From Terriglobia bacterium (GTDB lineage: Bacteria; Acidobacteriota; Polarisedimenticolia; Polarisedimenticolales; JAIQFR01), in assembly GCA_963748015.1 (NCBI GenBank), contig CAVVHE010000008.1:64001-128000 (forward strand): 64,000 nt of DNA, read 5' to 3'. Shown here piece by piece: positions 27,326-39,961 of this stretch (position 1 is the stretch's first letter; each line of letters starts with the position of its first letter). A program made the position numbers and the translations under genes. The notes below the pieces were generated by a model. That model did not search any database, had not been told where the DNA came from, and was given only the letters and a program-made list of their open reading frames with translations.

Positions 27326-28959
27326 CTACTCCCCGGACGGCCGAGCGGGCTCTCCCGCGCCCCCCGGCGGGGCCAGACGGATCACCGTCAGACCGCCGAA
27401 ACGCCGCTCGGACAGGCGGCCTTCCGCATCGCCCGGAGCCGGGAGCTCGACGAATCGCCGGAGCGGCATGCCGGTCTCGAAGACGAGGGTCATCGCCGAA
27501 GCGCCGGCGTCGGGCGGGGTCTCGAGGTCGGGGAACAGCCGCCGGCTCCATCCGAACAGCGCGGCCGACGCCCGGACGCTCCCGCCGCTCTCGAAGATGA
27601 TCGGGTACTGGAACGGCGCGCTCGACTGGACGAAGCGCACGCCGCCGGCCCGAAGGTCGCCGAGCATTCCCTCGATGTCCGCCGCGGGGATCTTCCTCAT
27701 TCGCGTGCTCCCCGCCTCGTCCGTGACGAGCGTATCGATCCCGCCGTTCCGCAGGAACGTTCCAGGCTTCGTAGAGCCCTCCGAGCAGGAGGATCGCGAG
27801 CACGGCCGCGGCGCCGGCTCTCGCCGCGACGAGGCGGCCGGACAGGAGCGAGCCGATGACGCTCGCCAGGATCACCGCGATGAAGGGGTACGCCCCGATC
27901 AGGTATCCCGCGACCCTGAAGTGCGCCGCGAAGTAGGGGAGCGAGCAGGCGCCGAGGAACACGATCGCGTAGAGGACCCGGTCCTCCGGGCGGGTCTCGC
28001 CCGCTCCGCAGCAGGTGATCGCGGAGAAACCCTCCGACGCGGCGCCGCGCGAGCCACACGGCGAGTGCCAAGGCCAGGAGGAAGACGATCGCGTAGAGGG
28101 TCCCGGTCGCGCTCTTCTCGGGGTAGTACCACATGACCGTGTCGGCGCCGAAGAACCGGGGAAGCTCGACGAGGAAAAACCGCCGCGCGAGGCGGAGGAT
28201 CGGCACCTCGACGGGGGAGGGCTCGGCCGCCAGCTTTCGCGCCGCGATCTCCTTCCAGCTCGCCATGCCGTGCGTGACGTTGAACAGGAGGGCGGGGAGA
28301 TAGCCGGCGACGGCGCCGCCCAAGGCAGCGGCCGCCTGCCTCGGCGGCAGCGCTCGCCGCAGCAGCAGGAGGACAGCGGCCGTCCCCGCGACGGGAAGGG
28401 CGAGCTCCATCGCCCACAGCGAGAGCCCCGCGACCGCTCCGAAAGCGACGAACGGCCAGGGCGATCGAGGCCGGGTCTCGAGCAGCAGCAGGAAGAGGCC
28501 GAAGAGGATCGGGATCGAGAGAAGGTACGGGCCGTACCCGCGGACCTGGAAGTGCCACTTGAGCAGCGTCGGGGCGAGCGCGTAGATCGAGGCGGCGACG
28601 AGCGCCGTTCGCTCGTCCCAGAATCGCCGCACGACCGCGTAGAGCGCCGCGAGGGAGAGGAGCGAGAGCAGGACGATGCAGCCCTTGAGGGGGACGACCC
28701 CGGCTCCGAAGACGGCGAACGACGCGGCGGCCAGGTAGGCCTCCATGGCGGCCCCGCCGTTCCACAACTGCCCGGCCATGTAGACGGGGAAGAGGCGGCC
28801 CTCGAGGATGCGCATCCCCATGAGGCCGATGATCGCCTCGTCGCTGTGCACGTGCGTTTGCGCAAGGAAGAGGATCGCGAGGCGGAGCGCGGCGGTCAGC
28901 AGCAGGAGGACCAGGAAGGCCCGATGTCTCGTGACGAAGATCCACCCTGCCGCGTGCAA
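27326..28959 (-). CDS. GT-C fold (ArnT/PMT-like, GT39-like) membrane glycosyltransferase (frameshifts at ~28000 and ~27740)
   Basis: 'HSDEAIIGLMG' after TM1, many TM segments, 'FGAVAGLSLW'. The reading continues in other frames to a stop at 27326. Confidence 0.65.
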
Positions 28960-29047
28960 TGCCGAGTCCTCCGCGTCCGGCCGCCCGGACAGTGCCTAAG
29001 CCTGAACGATGCGGAGGCGTCCTGTCCAGCCCGCCGCGAGGACCCGC

Positions 29048-29607
29048 CTACGCTCCCGGCCAGAGAAGCCGGAACACGAGGCCCGTCGCGAGCGCGTAGA
29101 CGAGCGCATCGGCGATCCCGCGGAGGGAATTCGCCCAGGGGATTCCCTTCCAGATCGAATCCTGCAGGTAGCCGAACGCGTACCCGACCAGCGCGACGGC
29201 GCCGGTGATGCGCATGACCTCGAGGCCGGCGGTCCCGGCGGACAGCGTGTGCCGGGCCACGTAGGCGGCCGTGAAGCTGACGAAGAAGCACAGGAGGAGC
29301 CACTGCACGAGATTCTTCGCCATTTGGGGGGGCCGTTCGGAATGACCGTCAGCAGCGCGACGGGGCCGTCGGCGAACTTCTTCTGGACGGCCGGGTCCTT
29401 CATCTGCGAGTGGTCGGGGCAGTAGGGGATGAAGTACACCCCCGGCGCGGGATTGCCCTTGCGAACCGCTTCTCTTACGGCGTCCTCGTTGGACAATCCG
29501 CGGTAGTCGCGGTTGTGGTGTTTCAGGATCATGTGCGCGAGGGAGCTGAGGACGAAGACGGCGATCGCGGACACGACGACGGGGATCCACAGGCTTCCGA
29601 AGGGCAT
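29048..29607 (-). CDS. Hypothetical membrane protein (frameshift in G-run at ~29330)
   Basis: 'LWIPVVVSAIAVFVLSSLAHM...PGVYFIP' joins '...MAKNLVQW...DSIWKGIPW...LWP' across the homopolymer at 29325-29332. Strong RBS. Confidence 0.7.
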
Positions 29608-29679
29608 GACGACCTCCTCCTTCCCGGCGTCGCCGGGGATTCTCGATCATACGGTCCCGCGCCTCGGGCGAGGTCCCGT

Positions 29680-29708
29680 TTGACAGCATAGAGGACTAAT
29701 TCTATCCT
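29680..29708 (+). promoter_or_regulatory. Sigma-70 promoter with overlapping AT-rich operator-like palindrome
   Basis: TTGACA(29680-29685)-N17-TATCCT(29703-29708). The spacer and -10 contain the imperfect dyad AGGACTAATTCTATCCT. Confidence 0.7.
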
Positions 29709-29784
29709 ATTTCGGTCAGGGATGAGGACGGCGGGGTGCATTCGCGGCGCGGCCGCCTCTCGGGGTTGGAAAGGAAAGGTCACG

Positions 29785-30912
29785 ATGCGGAAGGTCGTCG
29801 TCTCGATCGTCATTCTCGTCGCCATCCTCGGCGCGCTCGCCGGCGTCAAGGCTTTCCAGATCGCCGCAATGGTCCAGGCCGGAAAGGACTTCACCGTCCC
29901 AGCCGAGACGGTGAGCAGCGTCACGGTCCGGGAGGAGACGTGGCCGTCCACGCTCTCGGCCGTCGGCACCGTCCGGGCCGTGCAGGGAGTCGTGCTGCGG
30001 GCGGAGCTCGCCGGCACCGTCCGCGAGATCGCGTTCGAGTCGGGAAGGGCCGCCGAGACGGGCCAGCTCCTCGTGCACCTGGACACGTCGTCGGAAGAGG
30101 CCCGATTGCGGGCGGCGGAGGCGCAGGCCGAGCTGGCCCGGCTCAACCTCGAGCGCGCGAGGAGGCTCCACGCGCAGGAGCTCCTCCCGCAGTCCGAGCT
30201 CGACGCGAGCGAGGCGGCGTCGCGGCAAACCGCGGGCTCGGTGGACGACATCCGCGCCGCGATCGCGAAGAAGACGATCCGCGCCCCCTTTGCGGGCCGC
30301 CTCGGCATCCGGCTGGTGAACCTCGGCCAGTTCGTCAACGCGGGGGACCCGATCGTCTCGCTGCAATCGCTCGACCCCGTGTACGTGGACTTCTCGTTGC
30401 CCGAGCAGCAGCTCGCGTCGGTCCGCCGCGACCTGGTCGTGCGCGCGACGACGGACGCCACTCCGGGGCAGGTCTTCCTGGGATCGCTGACCGCGCTGAA
30501 CGCCGACGTGGACGCGTCCACCCGCAACATCCTCCTGCAGGCGACCCTCCCGAACCGGGGCGGCACGCTTCGGCCGGGGATGTTCGCCAAGGTCGAGGTG
30601 GTCCTGCCGGAGGCGCAGAAGCTCCTCGTGATCCCCGCGACCGCGGTGCTCCACGCGCCGTACGGCGACTCGGTGTTCGTGATCGCCGAGCCCCGTGACG
30701 CGAAGGCCGGCGGGAGCGGCAAGGAGGCGCGCCTCACGACCGTGCGGCTCGGCGAGACCCGCGGCGATTTCGTCGCGGTGACCCAGGGCCTCGAGGCCGG
30801 ACAGACCGTCGTGTCCTCGGGGGTCTTCAAGCTCCGCAACGGCTCCCCGATCGTCGTGGACAATTCCCTGGCCCCGGCCGCGCAGGCAAAGCCCCAGCCG
30901 GCCGATTCCTGA
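29785..30912 (+). CDS. RND efflux periplasmic adaptor (membrane fusion protein)
   Basis: N-terminal TM, 'IRAPFAGRLG', 'LDPVYVDFSLPEQ', 'LRPGMFAKV', 'GLEAGQTVVSSG'. Confidence 0.92.
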   Translation: MRKVVVSIVILVAILGALAGVKAFQIAAMVQAGKDFTVPAETVSSVTVREETWPSTLSAVGTVRAVQGVVLRAELAGTVREIAFESGRAAETGQLLVHLDTSSEEARLRAAEAQAELARLNLERARRLHAQELLPQSELDASEAASRQTAGSVDDIRAAIAKKTIRAPFAGRLGIRLVNLGQFVNAGDPIVSLQSLDPVYVDFSLPEQQLASVRRDLVVRATTDATPGQVFLGSLTALNADVDASTRNILLQATLPNRGGTLRPGMFAKVEVVLPEAQKLLVIPATAVLHAPYGDSVFVIAEPRDAKAGGSGKEARLTTVRLGETRGDFVAVTQGLEAGQTVVSSGVFKLRNGSPIVVDNSLAPAAQAKPQPADS

Positions 30913-30922
30913 TCGGAAGACC

Positions 30923-33900
30923 ATGCGCTCCTTCACCGACGTCTTCATCCGCCGGCCCGTGCTGGCGATCGTGGTCAACCTGCTGATCGTGATCGCGGGG
31001 GTGCAGGCGATCCGCTCGCTCAACGTGCGCCAGTATCCCCAGAGCGAGAACGCCTCCGTGACGGTGACGACCGTCTACGTGGGAGCGAGCGCCGATCTCG
31101 TGAGGGGCTTCATCACGACCCCCCTCGAGCGCGCCATCGCGGCGGCGGACGGGATCGACTACCTCGAGTCCCAGAGCGCCCAGGGGGTCTCGACGATCAC
31201 CGCGCGCCTCAAGCTCAACCAGGACGCGACGAAGGCCCTGTCCGAGATCTCCTCGAAGGTGGACCAGGTCCGGGGCGACCTGCCGCCCGAGGCGCAGGTG
31301 CCGGTCATCAACATCGAGTCGGCCGACTCGCAGTTCGCGTCGGCCTACCTCAGCTTCAGCTCGGACATCCTGCAGCCCAACGAGATCACGGACTACCTGG
31401 TCCGCGTCGTCCAGCCCCGCCTGTCGGCCCTGGAGGGAGTGCAGCGCGCCGACCTCCTCGGCGGAAGGACGTTCGCGATGCGGGTCTGGCTCAAGCCCGA
31501 CCGCATGGCGGCGCTCAACGTCAGCCCGGCGCAGATCCGGCGGGCGCTCGCCGCGAACAACTACCTCGCCGCGGTCGGCCGCACGAAGGGCTCCCTGATC
31601 CAGGTGAACCTCACCGCGAACACCGACCTCCGGTCGGTGGACGAGTTCCGGCAGCTGGTCCTGCGGGAGCAGGACGGCGCCCTGGTCCGGCTCCAGGACG
31701 TCGCCGACGTCGTCCTCGGCGCCGAGGACTACGACAGCGAGGTCCGCTTCTCGGGCCAGTCGGCGGTGTTCATGGGGATCTGGTCTCTCCCCAACGCGAA
31801 CTCCCTCGACGTCATGCGCCGCGTCCGCGCGGAGCTCGGGAAGATCCAGGCGGACCTGCCGACCGGGATGAAGGCCAGCGTCGCGTACGACGCGACCGCC
31901 TACATCAACGACGCCCTGAGCGAGGTGCTGAAGACGCTGATCGAGACCCTCGCGATCGTCGTCATCGTGATCTTCCTCTTCCTCGGGTCCCTCCGGTCGG
32001 CCCTCGTGCCGCTCGTCGCGATCCCGGTCTCGCTGGTCGGCGCCGTCTTCCTGATGCAGGTCTTCGGGTTCACGATCAACCTCCTGACGCTGCTCGCGAT
32101 CGTGCTCTCGGTCGGGCTCGTCGTGGACGACGCGATCGTCGTCGTCGAGAACGTGGAGCGGCGCCTCCGCGAGGGGCGCAAGCCGGTGGACGCCGCGCTC
32201 CTCGGGGCCCGCGAGCTCGTGGGGCCGATCGTCGCGATGACCGTCACGCTCGCGGCGGTGTACGCGCCGATCGGACTGCAGGGCGGCCTCACCGGGTCGC
32301 TCTTCCGGGAGTTCGCGTTCACGCTGGCGGGGGCGGTCCTGATCTCGGGCGTCGTGGCCGTGACGCTCTCCCCCGTCATGTCGGCGCGCCTGCTCGATCC
32401 CCGCCGCGAGACCCGCGGGTTCACCGGGAGGATCAACCGGGACTTCGACCGCTTCCGCGAGTTCTACGGCCGCCTCCTCGACCGGACGCTCAAGGCGCGG
32501 CCCGCCGTGTACGTCCTCTGGATCGCGCTGAGCCTGCTCGCGATCCCCATGTTCCTGATGTCGCCCAAGGAGCTCGCGCCGGCGGAAGACCAGGGGGTCG
32601 TCTTCGGGGTCCTGGAAGGGCCGGCGGAATCGACGATCGACGAGGCGTCCCGTTACGCCGAGAAGGTCAACCGCGACTTCATGAGCCTGCCGGAGACCGC
32701 CTACACCTTCCAGATCACCTTCCCGAGCGGGGGCTTCGGCGGCGCGGTCCTCAAGCCCTGGGGCGAGCGGAAGCGCACCGCCTTCGAGGTCCTCCCCGAG
32801 ATCGCGGGGAAGGTGAGCTCGATCGCGGGGGTCCGGGTCCTGCCGCTGCTGCCCCCCGCGCTTCCCGGCGGCGGGCAGTTCCCGGTCGAGTTCGTCCTCG
32901 CCTCGACGGTCGAGCCGGAGCGCATCCTCGCCTTCGCCGACAAGATCCAGCAGAAGGCGGCCGAGAGCGGCCTCTTCGCGTTCCCGCCGATCGTGGACAC
33001 GAAGATCGACCAGCCCCAGACGGAGATCGTCGTCGACCGCGACAAGGTCGCTTCGCTCGGCCTCAGCCTCGCGGAGGTCGGCGCGGACGTGGCCGCGATG
33101 GTCGGCGGGAACTTCGTGAACCGGTTCAACATCTCGGGGCGCAGCTACAAGGTGATCCCGCAGGCGAAGCGCACCGCGCGGCTCACCCCCGACCAGCTCG
33201 AGAACCTCTACGTGACCGGCCCCGACGGGAAGCTCGTCGCGCTGAGCACGGTCGCGAGCCTCAAGAGCTCCACCCAGCCGCGGACGCTCAATCGCTTCCA
33301 GCAGCTGAACGCGGTGAAGATCAGCGGCGTCTCGATCGTGCCGCTCGACCAGGCGCTCCTCTTCCTCGAGGGGGAGGCGGCCAAGATCCTCCCCGACGGC
33401 TACGTGATCGACTACACCGGCGAGTCGCGGCAGCTGCGGACGGAAGGGAACCGGTTCCTGCCGGCCTTCGGCCTGGCCCTCGTGCTGATCTTCCTGGTCC
33501 TCGCCGCGCAGTTCAACAGCTTCCGCGACCCGTTCGTGATCCTGGCGGGCTCCGTCCCCTCGCGATGTTCGGCGCGCTGCTGATGACCTTCATGAAGATG
33601 CCGAACCCGAACATGTCGTTCTGGACCGACGGCTGGACCACGACGCTCAACATCTACTCGCAGGTCGGGCTCGTGACGCTCGTGGGGCTGGTCTCGAAGA
33701 ACGGCATCCTGATCGTGGAGTTCGCCAACGAGCTCCAGCGGCAGGGGCGCTCGAAGCTCGACGCCGTGCGCGAGGCCGGCCGGACACGGCTCCGCCCGGT
33801 CCTGATGACGAGCGTCGCGACCGTGGCCGGGCACTTCCCGCTGACGCTCGTCACCGGGGCGGGGGCGGCGGCGAGAAACTCGATCGGTCTCGTCCTCGTG

Positions 33901-34064
33901 GCCGGGATGGCGATCGGCACGGTCTTCACGCTCTTCGTCATCCCGTCGGTCTACATGCTGCTCGCGCGGGAGCACGCGAGCGAGGCGGTTGCCGAGCCCG
34001 AGATCGAAGCGCCGCACGCGCGTCCCATCGCCGTCGGGGAATACCTCCCGGCCTGGCCCGCTAG
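30923..34064 (+). CDS. RND efflux permease, HAE1/AcrB family (frameshift at ~33561; exact stop uncertain)
   Basis: 'FIRRPVLA', 'GLVVDDAIVVVEN'. After the frameshift: 'GLVSKNGILIVEFAN', 'RLRPVLMTS', 'TLFVIPSVY'. Confidence 0.88.
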
Positions 34065-34103
34065 GGCGTACAATCCGCGGCGTCCCGGAACGAGGAGGCG
34101 CGC

Positions 34104-34701
34104 ATGGGAAGAGGATCCGGCCGGCGGGCAGCGTCCGATACGGCGCAGCATCACGCTCGAGGACGGCGCGACGCTGGCGCTCCGCCTGATGACCCCCTCG
34201 GACGCCCATCGCGTCCACGCGTTCGCTCGGGCCCTGCCGGAAGACGACCTGATGTTCCTGCGGACCGACATCACCAAGGCGGTCGTGGTGATGCTCTGGG
34301 GGCAGAACATCAAGAACGGCCTCACCGTGACCGTGCTGGCCGAGAAGGGGAACGAGGTCGTCGGCTACGCCAGCATGCACCACAACGAGGTGACCTGGCA
34401 GCGCCATCTCGGCGAGCTGCGGATCGTCGTGGCGGCGCCGTACCGGTCGCTCGGGCTCGGCAAGGAGCTCGCCTGCGAGATCTTCGGCATCGCGCGGGAG
34501 ATGGGGCTCAGGAAGATCGTCGGGCACATGACGCCGGACCAGAAGGCCGCGATCGCCATGGTCACTCGCCACGGCTTCAAGCTCGAGGCCGTCCTGCACG
34601 ACTTCGTCATGGACCGCGCCGGCCGCACCCACGACCTGATGGTCATGACGTGCGACGTCGGGGCGATGCCCGCGCCCGCCTCGGACGCCCCCGGCCGCTG
34701 A
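34104..34701 (+). CDS. GNAT family N-acetyltransferase (indel near 5' end)
   Basis: TACAAT (34069-34074), AGGAGG and ATG 34104 indicate a separate start. 'VVAAPYRSLGLGKEL', 'AIAMVTRHGFKLE', 'RTHDLMVM'. Confidence 0.75.
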
Positions 34702-34746
34702 CGGGGCCGCCTCGCCGGCCGCGGCCCGGCCCTCCCGCAGGCCGGA

Positions 34747-37700
34747 TCATCCCGGCAGCAGGAGCACTCGCTGGATGGACCAGAGACGGGCGAGGATCCC
34801 GCCGTTCAGGTAGGCGATCCGCCACACCGCCAGGCGGAAAGCCCGCTTCTGTCCGCGGGACTGCCGCCGCGACGGGAACTCGCGCTCGATGTCGCGAAGC
34901 GAGAAGCGCGCGGAGTCGAACGCGATCCGGCGCTCGTCCCAAGAGGCCGTGCCGGAGTGCAGCAAGGTTTGCGCGAGAAGGTAGAAGAAGCGGAAGTAAG
35001 GCGGCAGCGCGTCGGCGCTCGTACCTCGAAGCTGCGTCGCGGCGCGATCGAAATCGCCGTGGACCGCATCGGCGAAGCCGCCCGATGCCAGCAGCGCCGG
35101 GTACGAGGAATCCCGCGGAAAGTTCAGCGCGGCCTGCACGATGCCCGGCAGCTCCTCGTCGCGCCCCAGTTCCAAGAGCGCCAGGACCAGGTTCTTGAGC
35201 CCCCACGCGGGGGCCTTCTCGAGACTCCGCCAATCCCCCAGCCAGTCGGCCGCCTCATGGTGAAGCCCCAGGCGGAGGAGCGCGAGCCCCGTGAGCGCCC
35301 ACGTGCGAGGCTCGCGGCGCAGTCGGTCTCCTTCCGCCTTCATCAGGCTGCGGACGGCCGTCGCGATTCCGGCCCGCGCCGCCTGCTCCAGGTACTGGCC
35401 GGCGGCCTCGACCCAGAGCTCCTGCTGATCCCGGATGCGGACCAGACCATCGAGGCACCTCCCGAAGTGACGTGCTTCGACCGCGAGGGACGCCCAGACC
35501 CGGCGGCCGACGCCGTCGCCTTGCCGGTGGCCAGGCTGTCCTCGATCGCGTCGAGGCACGGGCCGAGGGCGGCGGTCTCCGCCGCCGCCCTCGCCGCCTG
35601 GTCGACGAGAGGTAGGCTCGCGGCGGCCTCGAGGCACAGCTTCCGGAGCCCCACGAGGGCGCGATGGGCATCCTTGCGCGCGGCCGCGATCCGCGCCTCG
35701 CACGCCAGCGCTTGGGCGGCTGCGCCCGCCTCCTCGAGCCTCGGGATCACCGCCTCCGCCTCGTCGAGCTCGTCGAGCCGGCGGTGCGCGTCGAAGAGTC
35801 CGACGAGGGCGCCGGCAAGCGCCGGGTCGAGCCGGAGCGCTCGCCGGAACGCGGTCTTGGCGCCGGACGGATCGGCGGCCGCCAGGCACGCGCGGCCCAG
35901 GAAGACCTGGGCGTGGCCATCGTGCGGTTCCAGGGACGCCAGGCGCCCGGCGGCGGCCAGCAGCCCGAGAGCGTCCCCGGCGGAGCCGCACCATTCCGCG
36001 AGCTGGTGCCAGCCCCACACGTACGCCGGGTTGTCCCTCAGCAGCATGCGCATCCGGCCGATCGCGTCCAGGGCGCGGCCGCGCTGGTAGTCGACCCAGG
36101 CCCGGCGTCCCAGCAGCGAGAGCGGCGGGGAGGACTTCCAGAGCGGCGGATTGCATGCCGAGACGGCATCGCCGAAGCGGCCGGCACCAACGAGGAGCGC
36201 GGCCTTGAGATCATGAGCGTCGAGGAGGCTCGGATCGAGCTCGAGCGCCCGCTCGACGATCCGGAGGCACTCGTCGATCCGGTCGGGGCGCTCCATGCAT
36301 CGCCCGAGAATGAGCCAGGAACGGGGGTCCCGCGGAGAGATCTCCGTCCACTTCCGGGCCAGCCTCTCGGCGGAATCGCGATCCAGAGCGAGAGAGTACT
36401 CGTGGAGCAGCCTCCAGCCTTGCTCGTGGGCCGGATCGATGCCGACGAGGCGCTCGAGAACCGCCACCGCGGCATCCTTCTCGCCGAGGCGCCAAAGCAG
36501 CCCCGCCCGGCAGCATTGATTCTCGGGGTCGAGAGACTCCCGTTTACAGGCGTCCTCCAGAACCTGCCGGGCGGAAGCGACGTCTCCCCGGTCCGCGAGC
36601 GCTCTCGCCAGCAACCGAGCCGCGACCGTCCACGACGGGTAGATTTCCAGCGCGCGGCGCAACGCCGAGATCTCGTCGTCCCGACGTCCTTGACAGCGGG
36701 CGACCGTCGCCAGGTCTTGCCAGGCCGCCGCCTCGAGAGGGAAGCGCCGGACCGCCTCGCTCGCCGCCTCGGCCGCTTCGTCCAGGCGGTCCATCGCGGC
36801 GCACTGCGCGATCGCGATCGACCAGTGCCCCCAGACGCCCGGGCGGCGCTCGAGCATGGCGCGGCAGAACGCGAGAATCTCCCCGCCGTCCAGAACGCCC
36901 GCCGCGGCCTCGCGGTAGGCCGCGCAACCCGCCACTCCCGCCGACGGGCCCTCGAGCCGCTCCCGGACGAACGCGATAGCCGCTTGTTTCTCCGCCAGCG
37001 AGGGGCAGAGCGCCGTCCAGTGGTGGATCGCGAAGACGTCGTCCGCGGAGCGGCTGACGGCTTCGCGGTACGCGCGCATCGCCTCGCTCGCGTCACCGCC
37101 TCGCTCGAGAATCCAGCCGAGGACCGACCAGGATGCGCTCGACTCCGGCTCGATCTGCATGGCGATCTTGGCTTCCGCGAGCGCGGCGACTCTCTCGTTC
37201 TCGTCGGAGAGGATCAGGGCGTATTCACGGTGCGCCCACGCGTCGCGCGGGTAGAGGTCCACGAGGTAGCGGGCGGCCTCCCGCGCGAAGTCGCGGCGCC
37301 AGCGTCTCGTCCAGCGCAGCCGTTGACGGTGCAACTCGACGTGATAGGGGTACTGCGCGCAGGCCGCGCCGAGATGGTCGAGCGCGGCGTCCACTCCCCG
37401 GACGGCGGCGATCAGCCAGACGGTGGCCTCGCGCGCTTGGATGTCCAGCGGTTCCCGCCGGAGCACCTGCTCCCAGCGAGCGAGCGCGTCCGGAAGCGCC
37501 CCTCGCGCCCTCGCCACGTCCGCGGAGGTTCGGAGATGGGAACTTTCGCTGACTCGCCCGGCGGCCCGCTCGAGAAGCGCGTCGGCGCGATCGATGAACC
37601 CCCGCTCGGCGCCGGCGCCGGCCGCGAAGGCCAAGAGGTCGCCGTCCTCGGGACGCCGGGACAGAGCCTCGTCGAGGATCTCGAACGCGAGCCCGGCCCT

Positions 37701-39727
37701 GTCCAGCGAGCAGAGGGCCTTGAACAGCGTGAAGGCGGGACCCGCCGACCGATCCTCGAGGCGGCGGAAGCGATCCTCCAGGAGCCGGAGGGCGTCCTCG
37801 GACCGTCCAGCCGCGCACGCGACCTGGAAATAGGAGAGCGCGAGCTGCTCGGCCTTGTCGTCCAGACAGGCCGCGAAGCGGGCGGACTCGATCGCTTCCT
37901 CCTTGAGGCCCCGCCGCCACTGGATGCGAGAGAACGTCGAGTGCCCCCGCGGTCGGCTGCCCGCCGACGCGGAGCGCCGGCCGAAGGAGCTCGATCGCGC
38001 GGTCCTGGTCCCATGCGTCCACCGCCAGCTCGCCGGCATAGGCGATGCGGACGGCCGGATGGCTCGCGGATTCTCCGCGAGGGAGCGCAGGAGGGCCATC
38101 CGCTCGTCGTATCGGAGCAGATCCCGCAGGAGATCCGCGCGGTTGGCCGAGAGCGCCTCGTCCGACGGGAAGAGACGCAGGAGGCCGTCGACGGACTCGA
38201 GCATCGCGCCGCGGTTCGCGTCGTACGCCGCCACGGCGAGCCGGCCGCGGAGGGTGAGAGGGTGACCCGGCGCCGCGGACTCCATCTCGGAAAGCGTGCG
38301 GGCCGCCTCCGCGCGGTCATGGGCTCGCAGGGCCTTTCCGATCCCGTACAGCAGGTCGTGGACCGGCGCGTCCGGGAGATCGAGGGGCTCGAGAAGCTCC
38401 GCCCGCTCTCGCGGCACCAGTGCCATGCCTCGCGGACCGCTCGCGCGCTGGTGCTCGAACAGCGGCTCGGCGAGCGCTTCCCGTAGTGGCGGAAGGTGGG
38501 ATCGCGCAGGAGCAGGGTGCCCCGAAGCGCGTCGTAGCCAATGACCGCCTGCAGGTGCGCGCCCCAGGGCCAGGTCGTCACGAGCGTGAACGGTATCCCG
38601 CGATCGAGCAGGGCGGTCGAGCTCTTCCAGTCGACCGTGAACTCGCGCGCCAGCCAGCCGTGCTCGCCTCGGCCCATTCCCGCTCGCTGCACGATGGTCG
38701 TTCCGTCGTAGCAGATGCGGTCCGCCAGCTCGAGGTGGTCCACCGGCTTCGACCAGAATCCGGCGATGGCCGCCAGCGTGGCGGGAGCGCAGGTTTGGTG
38801 ATGCTGGCGCACGAATCCCACCGGCAGCCTGACCCGCGCCCTCGGCAGGTCCGGCCGGTCGAGCCGCTCGAGCAGCGAGGCATGGAACGGATTGTCCGAC
38901 GCCCGGGCGTACCGGACCGCGGCCTCCAGGTCTCCGCAGCCGTAGGCGGCGTCGGATCGAAGGGCGGCGAGGGACCGGGACCAACCGGGCTCGAGGAGCG
39001 GTGACAGATTCTCGAAGTGGTCGAGGCTCGCGAGCACCTCGCGATGAAGCCCCAGTTCGCTCTGGGTCTTCGCGAGCTCCATGGCGACCAGCGCGCACTC
39101 GATTTCCTTCGCGGCGTCTCCGAGGAGGGCGAGAGCCTCGTCGTCCCGGCCCTGCATTCGAAGGAGCTCCGCGGCCACGAGGAGCGCGGGCGGGTACCAC
39201 GGCCTGAGGTCCAGGGCGAACTGCGCGGCGCCGAGCGCTTCCTCGTAGCGATCCTGGGCCAGTAGAACGTAGGCTCGCTCGGTGAGCACCCAGGGGGATC
39301 GCGGCAAGAGCTTCTCGGCGCGGTCGGCGAGAAGCTCGGCCCGCTCGAAATCGCGAAGGAAGGCGAGGGTCTCGGCCTCGAGGGCCAGACGCTCGCCGAG
39401 GGCCTCCTCGTCCTCGGACGGCGGCTCGCTCTTGCCGCGAAGAAAGTGCATGACGGCCAGAGGTCCGAGGCGCCGGCCGATGACGCGGGCGCGGAAGTAC
39501 ACCGCGCCGGGATGGTCGGGGTCCTTGCGCCACGCCAGCTCGTGGAGGGCGTTTCCGAGACGCGGCGCGCCGAGCTGCATCGCGAGCCGCCCGGCAAGGA
39601 GCCGCGCGGCGGTTCCTTCCCACTCCCTGAGCGGCGCGACGCGCGAGGCGGCCTCGTGGGCCTGCACGAAGTGGCCCGCGTCGTAGAGCGCTGCCACGCG
39701 CTGAAGATCGGCGTCGCCGACGAGCAT
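34747..39727 (-). CDS. Giant TPR protein with an embedded C39-like cysteine peptidase domain (multiple frameshifts)
   Basis: 'FVRQHHQTCAPATL' (Gln/Cys), 'AHLQAVIGYD' (His), 'LLRDP' (Asp), flanked by many TPR-like helices. Coherent protein across about 6 frame changes, ~1650 aa in total. Confidence 0.7.
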
Positions 39728-39961
39728 GACCGTTCATCCGGGCAAGGCTCGGGGACCGTCCGCCCCGCCTGCCGACTCGAACAGGCACCCGGACGGCACC
39801 CCGGTCCGCCCGGCGTCAGGACAGCAGGCCGCCTGCGGCGGCGCGTCTCGACGATGGCATCCGGCACCCCGGATGCCGCGCGGAGAGCATACCCGACCAA
39901 GGCGGCGGAAGGAATGGTACGAATCGCGGCTCTGTTCGCTCGCGGCCCGGCCGGCCCCAGG

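Noticed and set aside
33565..34701. Apparent RND C-terminus-GNAT fusion ORF
   Set aside because: The linker contains its own TACAAT box, AGGAGG RBS and an out-of-frame ATG (34104), in a region full of indels. Two separate genes are more likely.
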